A DNA stretch of 64,000 nucleotides from the human T2T-CHM13v2.0 reference genome, Homo sapiens, in assembly GCF_009914755.1 (NCBI RefSeq), contig NC_060941.1; one strand, 5' to 3'. Of this stretch, positions 25,663 to 39,300 are shown piece after piece. Made by a program: the position numbers and the translations under genes. The notes under the pieces were generated by a model. The model worked only from the letters and a program-made list of their open reading frames with translations, made no database searches and had not been told where the DNA came from. Within the stretch, counting starts at the first letter, position 1, and every line of letters starts with the position of its first letter.

Positions 25663-26900
25663 CTTACCTCACACCATATACAAAAATTAACTCAAAATGG
25701 ATCAAAGGCCTAAAAGCAATAGCCAAAACTATACATTTATTAGGAAAAAAACATAATTTTTGTGACCTTTTGTAAATCTCTGTGACCTTAGATTTAACAA
25801 TGGATTCTCAGATATGACACCAACAGCACAAGCAACAAAAGAAAAAAATAGATATATTAAACTTGATCGAAATTAAAACTTTATGATTCAAAGGGCACTG
25901 TCAAGAAAGTAAAAACAAAATCCCACAGAATAGAAGAAATTATTTTCAAATGATTTATATGATGAGATTCATATCTAAAATATGAATAATTAAAACTCAA
26001 TAATAAAAGATTCAGCCAATTAAATACAGGTAAAGTGTCTAAATAAACATTTTTTTCCAAAAATATATACAAATGTCCAACAAGCACATGCAAAAATATT
26101 TGCCATCATTGGTCTTCAGGAAAATGAAAATCAACTACAATGAGATACTACTTTACACCCACTAGAATGACTGTCATCAAAAAGTAAGGTGATAACAAGT
26201 ATTGATGAGGAAATTAGAACCCTCATACACGACTGGTAGGAGCATAAAATGGTGCAGACGTTTTAGAAAACAGACTTGCAGTTCCTCAAATGGTTAAACA
26301 GAGTTACCATATGACCCAACAATTCCACTCCTTGGGATATACCCAAAAGAACTGAAAACATGTATACGAATAAAAATTTGTACATGAATGTTTATAGCAG
26401 TGTTATTCACAATATTTAAAAGGTGGAAGCAACCGAAATGCCCATCAACTAATGAATGAATAAATAAAATGTGGTCTACCATACCATGGAATATTATTAG
26501 GCTACAAAAAAGAATGAGGTACTGATACATGCCATAATATGGATATACCTTGAAATTATTATGTGAAGTGAAAGAAGCCAGCCAAAAGACCATATATTAT
26601 GTAATTCGATTTATAGAAAATGTCCAAAATAGGCAAACCTGTAGAGATAGAAATCAGGTTAGTGGTTTCCTAGAGATGGGGGAATCAGAAGTTTGGTGAT
26701 ACTTAAAGAGTATGGGGTTTCTTTACAAAGTGTTTAAAATGCTCCATAATTGATTATAGTGATGACTGCACAAGTCTGTGAACATACACAAAAAACATTG
26801 AATTGTACACTTTAGGTGTGAATCATATAGTTTAGAGGTGAATCATTTAGAGGTGAATCATATAGTGAGTGATATCTCAATAAAGCTGTAACTGAAAAAT
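25663..26900 (+). mobile_element. L1MB 3' end (ORF2 C-terminus plus 3' UTR)
   Basis: CCTCACACCATATACAAAAATTAACTCAAAATGGATC...CAGAGTTACCATATGACCCA...CTCAATAAAGCTG. Confidence 0.92.
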
Positions 26901-27575
26901 GATGTCAAATACCTCAATATGTGGGGGTAAGCAGTAGTGAGAGGAGGTGGGACACCAGGGATCCAGTTAGAGACCATATGTGCAATGAGTAGAGGTGAGA
27001 CATTATCAAGCAGAATATATTTGTAGGTCAAAAAGTTGGAAATTAGCCTCAGGCAAGGCAATATGATAGAACACAGTGAGAGCCACACACTCGTTAAAGA
27101 CTGAACCTACAACTGGCGCAGCAAAAAACATTGGGGACCTGAAGGAGTGTAGTGACAATAGGAATGGAAAGGAGGGGACACACCTAGGAAATACTGTCTG
27201 CCATTCTTGAATTAATAGGACATTAATTATGTCTGTTGAATGGGGCCTAAAGTGTATAGGAAACCCAGGTATGATTGTATGGTTTTGAATCTGAAAACAG
27301 GAAAAATGATATTTAATACAATGCAAAAGTCAGGAGAAGATGCTGCTTTGGCAAAGTGGGGTAGTAAAGTCAGTTTGGACAGACAGACTGGAAGTGGAGA
27401 AAGTGAGAGAGAGATGGACACAGGCAGACCGCTGAAAACACTCACATGCTCAGTCTGTGAAATGGACCAACAATACTTCATTCTCACAGGGCTTTTTAAA
27501 GTTGTTGTTTGGTTTGGTAGGTAACTCGGGGGGTGGGTGGGGGGTGGGAGAGACTGGCATTTATTGTTTACCATG

Positions 27576-27992
27576 TGGTATGGTTTGAATATTTTTCCCC
27601 TCCAAATCGCATGTTGAAGTTTGATCTCCAGTGTTGGAAGCGGGGCCTTGTGGGAGGTGTTGAGCCATGTAGGCTGATCCCTCATGAATGGCTTGGTGCT
27701 GTCCCGGCGGTACGGAGTGAGTTCTCTCTCTCTTAGTTTCCATGAGAGCTGGTTGTTTAAAAAAGCCTGAAACCTCCTCCCCTCTCGTTGCTCCCTCTCT
27801 CACCATAAGACACACCTCTTCCCCTTCCCTTTCCGCCATGATCAAAAGCTCCCGGAAGCCCTCATCAGAAGAAGATGCGGGTGCCATGCTTCTTGTACAG
27901 CCTGCAGAATCATGAGCCAAATAAACCTCTTTTCTTTATAAATTACCCAGTCTCAGGTATTCCTTTATACCAGTACAAAAGGAACTCATATA
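27576..27992 (+). mobile_element. MaLR solo LTR (MSTA/MSTB)
   Basis: TGGTATGGTTTGAAT...CTTCTTGTACAGCCTGCAGAATCATGAGCCAAATAAACCTCTTTTC; TSD CCATG/CTATG. Confidence 0.92.
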
Positions 27993-29610
27993 CTATGCAT
28001 CCAGCATTCCCCTAAGTTGTTTAACTTTTTTTTTTTTTAATATGCATTGTTTTATTTTCTCACAGCAGCCCCATGGAGTACATATTACTTTCATTATCCT
28101 CTGATTTTGAAACCAGATCTATTTGGTTAATGATTATTTCTATTGTCCTTTGTTGTAAAATCAACGAGGCAGCATGTCTGAGAGCCTAGCCTAGGGTCTG
28201 GCAATCATAGTTGCTCAACAAATACAAATTTTCTTCCCCATACCTGCGTCAACCTGCCCTCCATTGTTGCTGATTTTGTTTAAAAGCCAGGCTTTATATT
28301 TACTAACCAGAATCTCCCTGCTCCTTCACCTCTTTCTTTGGCGCAATGCAGTCGGTACCTCAAAGCTTCATTTCTCTGCATGGGTAACTTCCTTATCTCT
28401 GATCACTCCATTCCTTGTACATCTGCACCTCCCCTGTTCCTTTCAGTCCCTCTTACTGACTCCACCAATATCTCTTTCAGCTTTGGCTGAACCAGTGGGG
28501 TTTAATAAAGACAAATGTGTATTGGATTTGAGGCTACGGTTAAGTGCTTGTTGGGAATTTGGTGAGGCCCACCCACACACCCATCTCATTTATAACTAAC
28601 GTCACTGGAATCAAGACTGCTAAAAACAGAGAGATTATGATCCCCCAGCACCCTTTCCAACTAATCTCAAACACGAGAGAGGAAATGGCAGAAGGCTCAT
28701 CTCTGTGAGATTTTACAACAGTAAATTGTAGCTCATCAGGGCCAATTCCTCAAGCTATTTGCTGTAATCTAAACCAGAATTTCTCATCTCCCCTTTTATG
28801 ATTCCATTTGGGGGCTCTGTGATGAAGTTGAGCAGCATGTCCATATGTTATCATCCTAATGAAAATAATAAGAGCCGAGTGATTATTAATCACTTGGCCT
28901 TATCATCCATTAAAGGAAAGTCTTGTTAACCAAAAGGAATATGTTTTGGTCCGGAATTCCAAAGATAAAAACCCAACAGAGATGACAGAACTGAACTAAA
29001 AATTCAATTGCATTGAAATTTTTAAAATGAGCAGTATCTTGTCAATGACTTCTTTAATTAAACATTCATGGAGTTTGAAATAAAATATTCAGCCCTCGAT
29101 GTGGTTGAGTGTGGTTCCTTTTTTGTTCTTGTCATTCTCTTAGTTTAACGTGGGTTCTGGAATTCCAGAAAAAATGAAGTAGCTTTAATCAGCTTTGTAA
29201 ACAGTGTTCAGAAATTATTAGGCCTCATAGAAACCATTCATAAACACCTAGTTGTATTCAGTTTAAAGTTTTTCATAAAAGGAAAACAATGTATAAACCA
29301 TTTTAGAAACGTGCTTTGATTAGAAGCCTGGTAGATGAGTTAGAGAATAATTGTAAGTGATTTTACAATGCTAATTTCCTTAGGCAAGGGCTGAAAGCAG
29401 GGCATATTGATTTCATAGCAAGAAAACCTCTTGGTTAGAAACAAATTATCAGAGCAAAGACATGTAGGCAGCACACTTCTGTAACCTCTAGTTCACCACC
29501 AACTAAAATAGGCATTTGGGCAAAGGAAAGTTACATGGAAAATAGTTTTAGTATCTATATATTATTTTGTTTTGCTTGTTATTTTAATGGAGAGTACATT
29601 GTATTTGAAT

Positions 29611-29922
29611 CAGTATTTCTCAAAATGAGTTCCACAGAGCACAGGTATAATGTAATAATTCATAGGGGGAAATGTTTGGGACAATGTACAGTCAATAATG
29701 TTTGGGAAACTGTTACATTCTTTACTCTTCATTGAATATACCATTCACATTCACATGGTAGGGACTTTGAGAAGTCTTTCAGCAGAAAAAACTTCCAAGT
29801 TTGAATTTTAACTCAAGTTCTCTGAAACTTATTTGACAGAGAAAATGTGTGTCCTTGTAATAACTATTAAAATGTTCTGGAAATAGTGTGTGTTCCACAA
29901 AGCCCATTTAGGGAAACATCTG
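29611..29922. mobile_element. hAT-Charlie fossil (MER103-like)
   Basis: CAGTATTTCTCAAAATGAGTTCCACAGAGCAC...TGTTCCACAAAGCCCATTTAGGGAAAC termini. Confidence 0.6.
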
Positions 29923-30419
29923 CCCCCCCAGCATGCTATGATTGAAGAAAGTGTGCAGAAGTGGTCCATGTACCCACAGCCAGGCACGGTATTCATCCTG
30001 TGACAGTGACCTAATTTTCAGGCACAGCAACTTAGGGAGGTACAATGATGGGCACATAGTAGGCACTTACTATTGGTTCCATGGGATAAAATTCAAGTTA
30101 ATAAAGCTATTGAAACAACCCAGACTACTGACTGGCCACAGCCCAACTGTTGCTTTCATTGGGACACATGTAAACTGTGTTCAAATTGGTGAGCTGGCCA
30201 CCACCTGACACGAATGGGCTTTGTCCCCAAATCTCTGAGACACCAGCAATTTCAGCGAGCTCTACATTATGTTGAAGTCCTAGACAGCTAGACTAGAAGA
30301 TAAACAAATCATAGAGCTAGAGGATGATCAATGCAACACTTAATCATGCTCAGCCTTGGGCATTCTCCCCCATTTGGACACACGTTTGATCCCTTCCTGG
30401 TCCACTGCATAGTGGGGAA

Positions 30420-30960
30420 AGAGCTTGTGCTTAGGCATCAAACAAAACCTAACTCTGAGTTCAGGTTTTGGTATTTATAATCTTGCAAGCTCCAGCAAGT
30501 GACTGACTTACTCTGAGCCTCACTCTCTTCATCTGGTAAACGTGAGTAAAAACAGAACCTATGCCAGGCGCAGTGGCTCACGCCTGTAATCCCAGCACTT
30601 TGGGAGGCCGAGGCGGGTGGATCACCTGAGGTCAAGAGTTCAAGACAAGCCTGGCCAACATGGAAAAATCCCACCTCTACTAAAAATACAAAACTTAGCC
30701 AGGCGTGGTGGCACACACCTGTAATCCCGGCTACTCAGGAGGTTGAAGCAGGAGAATCACTTGAACCCAGGAGGCGGAAGTTGCAGTGAGCCGAGATCGC
30801 GCCATTGCCCTCCAGCGTGGGCGACAAGAGTGAAACTCCGTCTCAAAAAAAAAAAAAAAAAAAAAACAGAACCTACTTCATAAAGTTGTGAGGAATAAAA
30901 ATTAAAAAGACCACATGTGTATGAAATAAAAAACAGTGCCCAGAAGACAAATGGCCAGGC
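30420..30960 (+). mobile_element. MIR split by an Alu
   Basis: CTCTGAGCCTCACTCTCTTCATCTGGTAAA before the Alu; CCTACTTCATAAAGTTGTGAGGA after it. Confidence 0.75.
30562..30866 (+). mobile_element. AluS (Sq/Sx)
   Basis: Full dimer; TSD AAAAACAGAACCTA. Confidence 0.95.
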
Positions 30961-31859
30961 AATTTTAGGTGATGCTGACCACAATGAAGATGACGACTCT
31001 TTGGCTGGGAATACCATGAAATCAGAAGTTCACAGTGGCTCTGAGACCTAGTGAGAATATTAACCAAACAGGCTATATAGAATTTCCAGCCAATATCACA
31101 TGGCATTGCAAAAATTTCCACTCCTTCCATTGACAGGGACTACAAGATACGTAGAGGCCCAGAGAAAGGGAGAATAGCAAGAGGAAAGAGAATAACAAGA
31201 AGTGAAGCAGTGCTCAGTCAGGCCTCCTAGGGCTTCCAGATCATCCATGAGGGGGAAGGTTGAAGCTTTCACACTGAAACAAGAATTTGTCCCCAGGTAC
31301 AGAAGTGTGCCAGGTTGTACAGCCTGAGCCCTGCCCCAAACAGTAAGGCTGGATTGGGTCACCTCTGGGATGCTGAGATAACAAATAATGTCCAGGTGCA
31401 TTTAAAAGGAGAGATCTAAACATTAGCAAGCCACAGAGCAGGGACTATCCTTCCCCAGTAGATCTGCAGGAACATGAAAATGAAGTACATATTCGCTGGA
31501 ACTTTGACCCAGTGCCCCGTATGGAATCAAGTGAACTGGGCTGGCCCCTTGGAGAGAGCTTTTAGCTAAGTGAGGTCAGTGTAAGAGGCCAAGAAGAAAG
31601 GGTAGGCATGTGTGCCCTGAAAAGCAGAGTGTGTGTGAGAGTGAGAGTGTGAGAGTGAGCAGTGGAGACCACAAAGCTCACACCAGTGGCAGAATAGGCA
31701 CCCAGCGTGTGCTTCCTTGGGACAGGGTGGAGTGGGAGCCGACTTGCTTCCAGTCTCAGCTTACATGGGCATATTAGAGAAGGAAGAGCATCCGAACGTG
31801 AAAAAAAAAAGAGAAAAACAGGACTAGGCCTTCCCCCAGAAGTCTGGCTCAGACTTTCA

Positions 31860-32280
31860 CTTACTCATTCATTCATTCATTTCCTCAACAAATATTTACT
31901 GAATACCACAAACGGTTCTAGGCTCTGTGACTATATCAGCCAATACAACAATTACCTAAAACCCTTCCTTTTGTAGAGCTTACATTCTGTTGGGTGTGAA
32001 AAATCAACGATAAACATAACAAATATGTATATGTATATTATATATTGTATGTATATTATATTTTGCATTAGATGGTGACACAGGTTATGGAAAAACAAAT
32101 AAGCATGATAAGGGAGATTGAGAAATGTAGTTAGCCACTTTAAATAAGGTAGTAAGCATGGACCTCCCTGAAAGGCAACGTCTGAGCAAAGACTTGAAGG
32201 AGCTGAAACAGCAGGCCATGTAGATATGGGGAAGAACATTCCTGGCATAGGGAACAAAGGACAAAAGTCTTGGGTCCAGA
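31860..32280 (-). mobile_element. L2 3' fragment
   Basis: CATTCATTCATTCATTTCCTCAACAAATATTTACTGAATACC...GGAAGAACATTCCTGGCATAGGGAACA. Confidence 0.85.
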
Positions 32281-35200
32281 GAATCCCTAGAGGTTATAGG
32301 GATGCTCTGTAATAGGGTCACCTATTATAGAGGGATGCTGTATTATAAGGATGCTCTATAATATAACCTAGAGGTTATAGGGTGTTTCTCAATGTCTACT
32401 ACCTAGGATCCAAACTAAAGAAGGGAAGTCAGGGGAACAAGATGGACCAGGCCTTCAGCTCCAGTAAAATGTCCTGGCCCTGACCACACCCATAGCACTC
32501 CTCCCAGGGCGGGGATAGGGGTAGGGTGGTAAGGCGCCGGGAGACTAGCCTGAAGCCCCTACAAAGTCCAGCAGCGAAGAGACGAGACCAGGCAGCACCT
32601 TGGAGAAACAAGAGTCCCTGATCCTGATCCTCCAGAACATGGGCACTTGATGGAGCTGAAACTAGTGACAGCAGTGGATGGAAACAGGCTGCGTCTCAAG
32701 GGGGTTCCATAGGAAAGGTGCCAGCCCCAGAGAGTAAACCTGCGGTTGTTTGGAGCTAGTTGCAAAGCTTTGCTCTCCCCTTGAATTAGGCAATCTAAGC
32801 CTCTGCTTAAAACCTGGAAATGTTTAAAACTCCTTCCCTGGAGATTTGATTCAATAATGCTGGGGTCACACCCAAGAGTCTTAATTTTTACAAAGGGAAT
32901 TTAATTCGCCTCCGGGCATAGAGCTGTATGTCCACACCCTGTGCTCAGCTGCGTGGGGACCTCCAAAAAGGATTGTCTCTAGCCTGCCACCAGCTTACCC
33001 CTTGATAGTATTATTCATGTCTCATTCTCCAATGAAAAGCTTTTGACCTTAGGGATGGAGGAATTTAATATAATCTGGAAGAGCCAGGGACTTTGTATTT
33101 TAGTTTCTTTGGCTCTAAATAATTCCCGTAAGTAAGATATCCAAATATTACGTTTTCCTGTGGTTTGCCCTTTGTGTTTTAATTCACAACATCTCTCTGC
33201 AGCCCTCGTTGAATATCTGGGTGACAATACATTTCTCAACACTTAGAAATAAGTCCTCCACAGCCATTACAACTATAAAGTACAGCTGCTAATAGCATGC
33301 GATCCAAGTTTCCCAGGCTCTCAGAAAACATCAAAGTTTTCCATTGCCAGAAACTTTGGGTGGAAAGAAAAGTGAAAAGGAGCCTTCTGATCCAACGTGT
33401 GAGCTGAGGAATGGTGAGTGGGTTAGATTTATGAACTGTTAGCCGTCGTCCTTGGATGCCTGGATGGCCAAGAGTGAGGTCATCAGAAAGCAGGTGCGCG
33501 GCTCCCTAACAGGTGTTTCCAAAGAGCCTTTTAGCCTTTTCTGGGCTGCTACCTGGAGTCAAGGGGTGCAGACATGGGGCACAGGAATTCTCAGCAATGG
33601 TGCTAAATCAACACAAATGTTCTCCTAAAGGAAATTGCTAAGACTTAAAATCGTGGTCATGTGACTGGAAAAGTTATTTCAGAAAACTGACATGAATTTG
33701 AGTGTGTGCCAAGTCTGAAGTCTGAGAATGTTACAAAAATTGGGAGAGTTCTTCAAACAACAAAGAACGCATTTCTAAAAATGTGTGGCTTTGTTGCTCT
33801 TGCCTTCTCTTGGGTTCAGGTATGAATATGAAAAGGGATATAAAAGTCCAAAGTCATGGGTGTCCCACCCAAGAAAAGGGTACATGTGGCCCAATCTGCT
33901 GAGCCTGTCTTTGAGTCATGCACTGTCTTTCTCCCATTCCCAGTCTGTGGGGTTTGAGAGAGCTGACTCTACACCTGTGCTCCAAGATTGGACGTACAAC
34001 CTGCTCCAACTGCAATCTGCAATCCCCTGAGCCTTTTGCAGAATTATTGGAAAAGGGCTCCTGAGCCACTTGGAAAGGAACCTTAAATTAGCTGGGCCTA
34101 TCTTTGGTACCATGGATAGAAGGCCACCTTGAGGGCAAAGCCAATACAGAGAACACTAGAAGTGACAGAGAGCAGCAGAGTCTTGAAAGCACTCTTTGAG
34201 GCCCTGGTGCTGGCCATGCCTAATGATTCATCTCTGATTTGATTTTCATGAGATTCCTCTCTTGGCATAAGGCACCATTTCAGACCAGAAGATCCAGACT
34301 TCATCATTTACCCCTCAAACAAAAAAATCTGGGATGGAGCCTTGGTTTTTTGACTCCTGTGGCACTCTTGGCTAATCATTTATAGTTTGAATGCATCAGG
34401 TATCCTCATTTATTAAACCAGAGGGTAGATCAAGGTCAATTCTCAGTTCCTCAATTCTGTTATCTTATTATGAACTCCATGATCTTATAACCTAACACCA
34501 TCTTTAAGTTCATATAAATATAATTTCTTCTCTACACTTAATTGCCTGATGATATGGCTCACTTTAAATGTGTTCATTTATCGAAGGAATAAAAAACTTG
34601 ACCTTGTAAGTTTTAGCAGCATTACTTTTTATTTATGATTAATTCTAATTCCTGTTGGCTAGTAGGAGAAAAAAACAAGGATACTTCCAACGAAACCCAT
34701 TACTGGAAGCAGCTGTCTTGTCAAAGAGCAAGTAGGGTGTATCTGAAGATGTTTGATTGGGGTCCCTTTTCCTATACCCACATTTAGAGCCTTTTTTTCA
34801 TCCTTAGACTCAAATCTTAGCCTCATCCTTCACGTATCTTTGAGCCAAGTGGGACAAAAATTCTCTGCAGACACATACAGTAGTGCCAGGAAGCTTTTCT
34901 GCCTGTCTCTCACCCAGCTTCTGTGTTCAGAGCAAAAAGATATCTTTTCTGTTCACAGCTTACAAAGTATTAATGTCTACTTGTTTCTTCACCTGCTGCC
35001 TCTAACCCTAGAATCCTGGAAGTATATCCTTATTGGATTAGTGGCAGCTAAATGTCTCAAAACGAATAAAATTACCCTAGTAGGAATTGTTCATAGGTAA
35101 TTTGTAAAATGAGGATGCCCTGACATCTTTTCCCTTGTCATTAGACAGCTGGAGAGACAGACCCTGGCTTTCGTTTTGATAACAAACAAAGCTCCACGCA

Positions 35201-36253
35201 ATTCCTCTAAACACCCTCACAGGAGGAACTAAACAAGCCTATAGACCAGCAATAAATGTGGACTCACGTCACTGAATAGGCCTTTTCCCACGTATAAATC
35301 AGAGATAACGAAATTTGCCAGGTTTCTGCTTTAAGCTCCAAATGGGGGTAGAATTGTGGGTCAGGGAGTAAATTGCTGTATCAATGCAATACATTGATTT
35401 GTGAGCATTTCGCATTTGGTTTGGGAAAGAGAAAAAGGGGGCTAATTCAATTTGTACTAAGTGTTTTCTTTCTCCTTTAAGTTGATCATTGGAAATTCTG
35501 GCAGTTGCTAGGCAAAACTTTGGTGGTTCTGAAAAATCTACCAGGAAGCTAAGGTAAGGAATTGCTGAGTCCTGGGGGAGACAAGTTTGACAACTGAATG
35601 TGCAACAAACACTTGAGGTCAGAGCATTTATTCCCTGCTGGGCCGTGGTGTGCAATGGCTGTGTGCCTCTGCCCATGGCCACGTATCTGTGATGTGGGTC
35701 CTTCCCTTTTACAGCAGCTCTCTCACTTTGCCCCTTTGCACATAGAGCTGTTAATGACTTCCTGCCTCTGGTCATCCCTGGTGTACTTCTCTCCTCTGTT
35801 AGTTCACTCTTAAACTCTTTCTGGATATTTGGACCACCACATAGAAATGGACACATATTAATGACATAGATAAAAATTGTGAGCCACAAAACCCAGATGT
35901 AAGAAGTCAAAAGAGCTGTCATTAGTCTGTCCCTCACTATCTAAATTGTAAATGGATCTTTTTTCACCTTCTATGTCTGTAATCTACATTATCAAAGATA
36001 GTTTTCTCAATTCCATGTGGTTTCAGCCCCAACACACCTGTGAATACACATGCACACACCCACACATTTCCAATTTAAAGCTGTTTGCAAACACCAGGAT
36101 GTTTAGTGACACTGCCCACCTCCTCTACACCCTGTAACCCCACCAACGTCAAAGAACAAACACTCTGTCGATTACTAATCTTCCCAAACCTTAGGTAATC
36201 TACCACCCTCCAAACCCCAGGTTGCCCCATGCTTCATCCTTTACCCAAAAAGA

Positions 36254-36720
36254 CTGATCATCAGTTTTATGTGTCAACTCCGCCAGATCACAGGATGCTG
36301 GGATATCTGGCTAAACATTATTTCTGAGTGTGTCTGTGAGGGTGTTTTCCTGAGAGATTATTAGCATTTGAATCAGTAGACTGAGTCAAGCAGTTTGCCC
36401 TCCCTAATGTGGGTGGACATTATAGAGCAAACGGTTGGAGGAAGAGAGGATTCACCCTGTCTCCCTGCCTGACTGAACTGGAATATTGATCTTCTTCTGC
36501 CCTTAGCTCTCCTGGTTCTCAGGTCCTTAAACTCAGACTGGAATCTCCACCATCAGTTCTCAAGCCTTCCAACTACACTGCTGGCCCTGGGACTCCAGGT
36601 GGCGGAGGGCAGGTAGTGAGACCACTTAGCCTCCATAAGCGCAGAAGCCAATATCTTATAACGAATTTATTTATATGTATTCTATTGGTTTTGGTTCTCT
36701 GGAGGCCTCTGACTGGTACA
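36254..36720 (+). mobile_element. ERVL LTR (MLT2C/D-like)
   Basis: TTTTATGTGTCAACT...GTGTCTGTGAGGGTGTTT...CTATTGGTTTTGGTTCTCTGGAG...GACTGGTACA. Confidence 0.85.
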
Positions 36721-36936
36721 AAGACCAAATGTGGATGTCTCAGGACCCAAAGGACCTGGAGAAGCAGACACAGTGGACTGTGGCACCGTGCTGTAATCAC
36801 TGCCCCAGACAGCATGAACAGCTCCTGTCAGGGCACAGGAAGGTAAGTGAGGGGGGAGAATAGAGATAGGATAACATGAGACCAGTGGCCCAAAGAGCAG
36901 CCTCCATCAAAATTGCCTCTTTGTACTTGGCACCTA

Positions 36937-37320
<384 letters not shown>

Positions 37321-37579
37321 GTAAAATCTGACGCCTGCCTAGACTTGCTCTTGGAAGCCAGGAAATCAGATGGCTCGCAGGAGCTGTGGTCTGCAAAAGA
37401 ATAGAATGGGAAGAGGTGAAGAAAGGTGCCTGCAGAGATGCACCAGAATCAGGAAACAGGATGTGGGACTTAGGTAAGCCCTAAAATTTTCAGGCTTGAA
37501 ATCCAGTGCTTAGCAATCTTGCCTACGTACACGTCGTAGTCTTTTGTTTCCCTTAGCCTCAATGACCCTTTCCTTTTAG

Positions 37580-37760
37580 AGCCAACTTTGACTACACATT
37601 GGAATCATCCCAGTGGGGAGGCTTAAAAACACTGATACCCAAGTCTCATCCCTCCTCCTCTCAGACTTTAACCCATCTGTGATGTGGCTTTGGATATTTG
37701 GATTTTTGTAAGTTTCTTCCGTGTGATCACAATATGCAGCCAAAGTTAAGCATCACTGTG
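37580..37760. mobile_element. MER5-type hAT fossil
   Basis: CAACTTTGACTACACATTGGAATCA...ATGCAGCCAAAGTTAAGCATCACTG. Confidence 0.7.
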
Positions 37761-37849
37761 TTAGAAATGTCAGCCAGACTCACCTATACTCAGGAAAGTA
37801 CAGAAAGGGCTTCTTAGCCATCTTTGTGTAGGTAAGAATAGGTACTACT

Positions 37850-38204
<355 letters not shown>

Positions 38205-38291
38205 CTATACTGCAGAGGAAATACCACAGTAGTATCTGAAGAATGCCCAGTAATGCTCTTTCCCCTCTGAGCAGATTATTTTCCTTTCAGA

Positions 38292-38482
38292 CAGTGGTTC
38301 TCAAATGTTAGCAGCATCCAAATCATCCAGAGGGCTAGGACTTGTCAAAACACAGACTGCTGGGCTCCACCCCAGGAGTTTCTGATTCCGAGAGTTGGAA
38401 GGAACCCTAGGAATTGCTTTTCTGACAAGTTCCCAGGCGAAGCTGATGGTGCCGATGCAGGGCCACACTTTGAGAACCACTG
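38292..38482. mobile_element. MER5A
   Basis: TIRs CAGTGGTTCTCAAA / TTTGAGAACCACTG; ~190 bp. Confidence 0.9.
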
Positions 38483-39300
38483 CTCTAGAGAAAGTTCCTC
38501 TCCATCCATGCCTTACTCTGCCCTATTTTATGTGGTTAAGGGAGCTCTTCCTTTACAGCTCCATGGGAGCCTTCCCACTCTGTGACCACACAGAGGGAAA
38601 CATCCATCATCCTGGGCCAGAAAAGGCAGCAAAATTTTATCTATTCCCCCAGCAGGTGTTTGCAAACACAGCTGCCCGGGGCCATGCAAACACTCACTGG
38701 GAACTAGGGGTTTACATGGCTGTCATTAAAAATCTTGGAGCCTACACAGCAAAGAACGCCCATGTGTCAGCAAGAACATTTCTTCCTATGATCACAAATG
38801 GTTTCCATTCCTGAAGAAAATCCAGGAAACGTGGGAAGAAAAATTGCCAAGTCTTAGTCCATCCCAAAAATGAAACAGAAAGAAAAACTCTGGAAATATA
38901 TTGGCTCTTCTCTACCCATTCTTGCACTCCTCTTTGGAATAAATAGATTTTTCTTGTATTTCTCATTTTCAATATTTGCAAGGAAACAGTCCCTTGAGAA
39001 ATAGGTAGAGTATTTGGAGAAGATTCACTTTTATTAATACCTGAGTAGCCCATTTTTTTTCGTTTCTCACAAACACAAACATCTTATCATTCTCTTTTAA
39101 TTATTGGTGTTTTTTTCTTTTTATACATGGAAACAAATTTTAGAGATAGAAAATACCAGTGGTGCTAATTTCCCTAGCCTCTGTAGAAGAAAATGTAGCA
39201 GCTGGGACAAGTGCATGAATTCTACTGGGCTCTTCCACAGTCACCTCTTTACAAAGGCTCAACTTAGCCACCCTGACCCCCCAGCCCAGGTGAAGGTCAC

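Noticed and set aside
27227-27920. 152-aa and 119-aa ORFs
   Set aside because: They overlap the MST LTR and L2-like sequence.
35299-35937. Longest ORF (212 aa, - strand)
   Set aside because: Non-ATG start, no recognisable domain, and no exon-like composition; consistent with chance in 64 kb.
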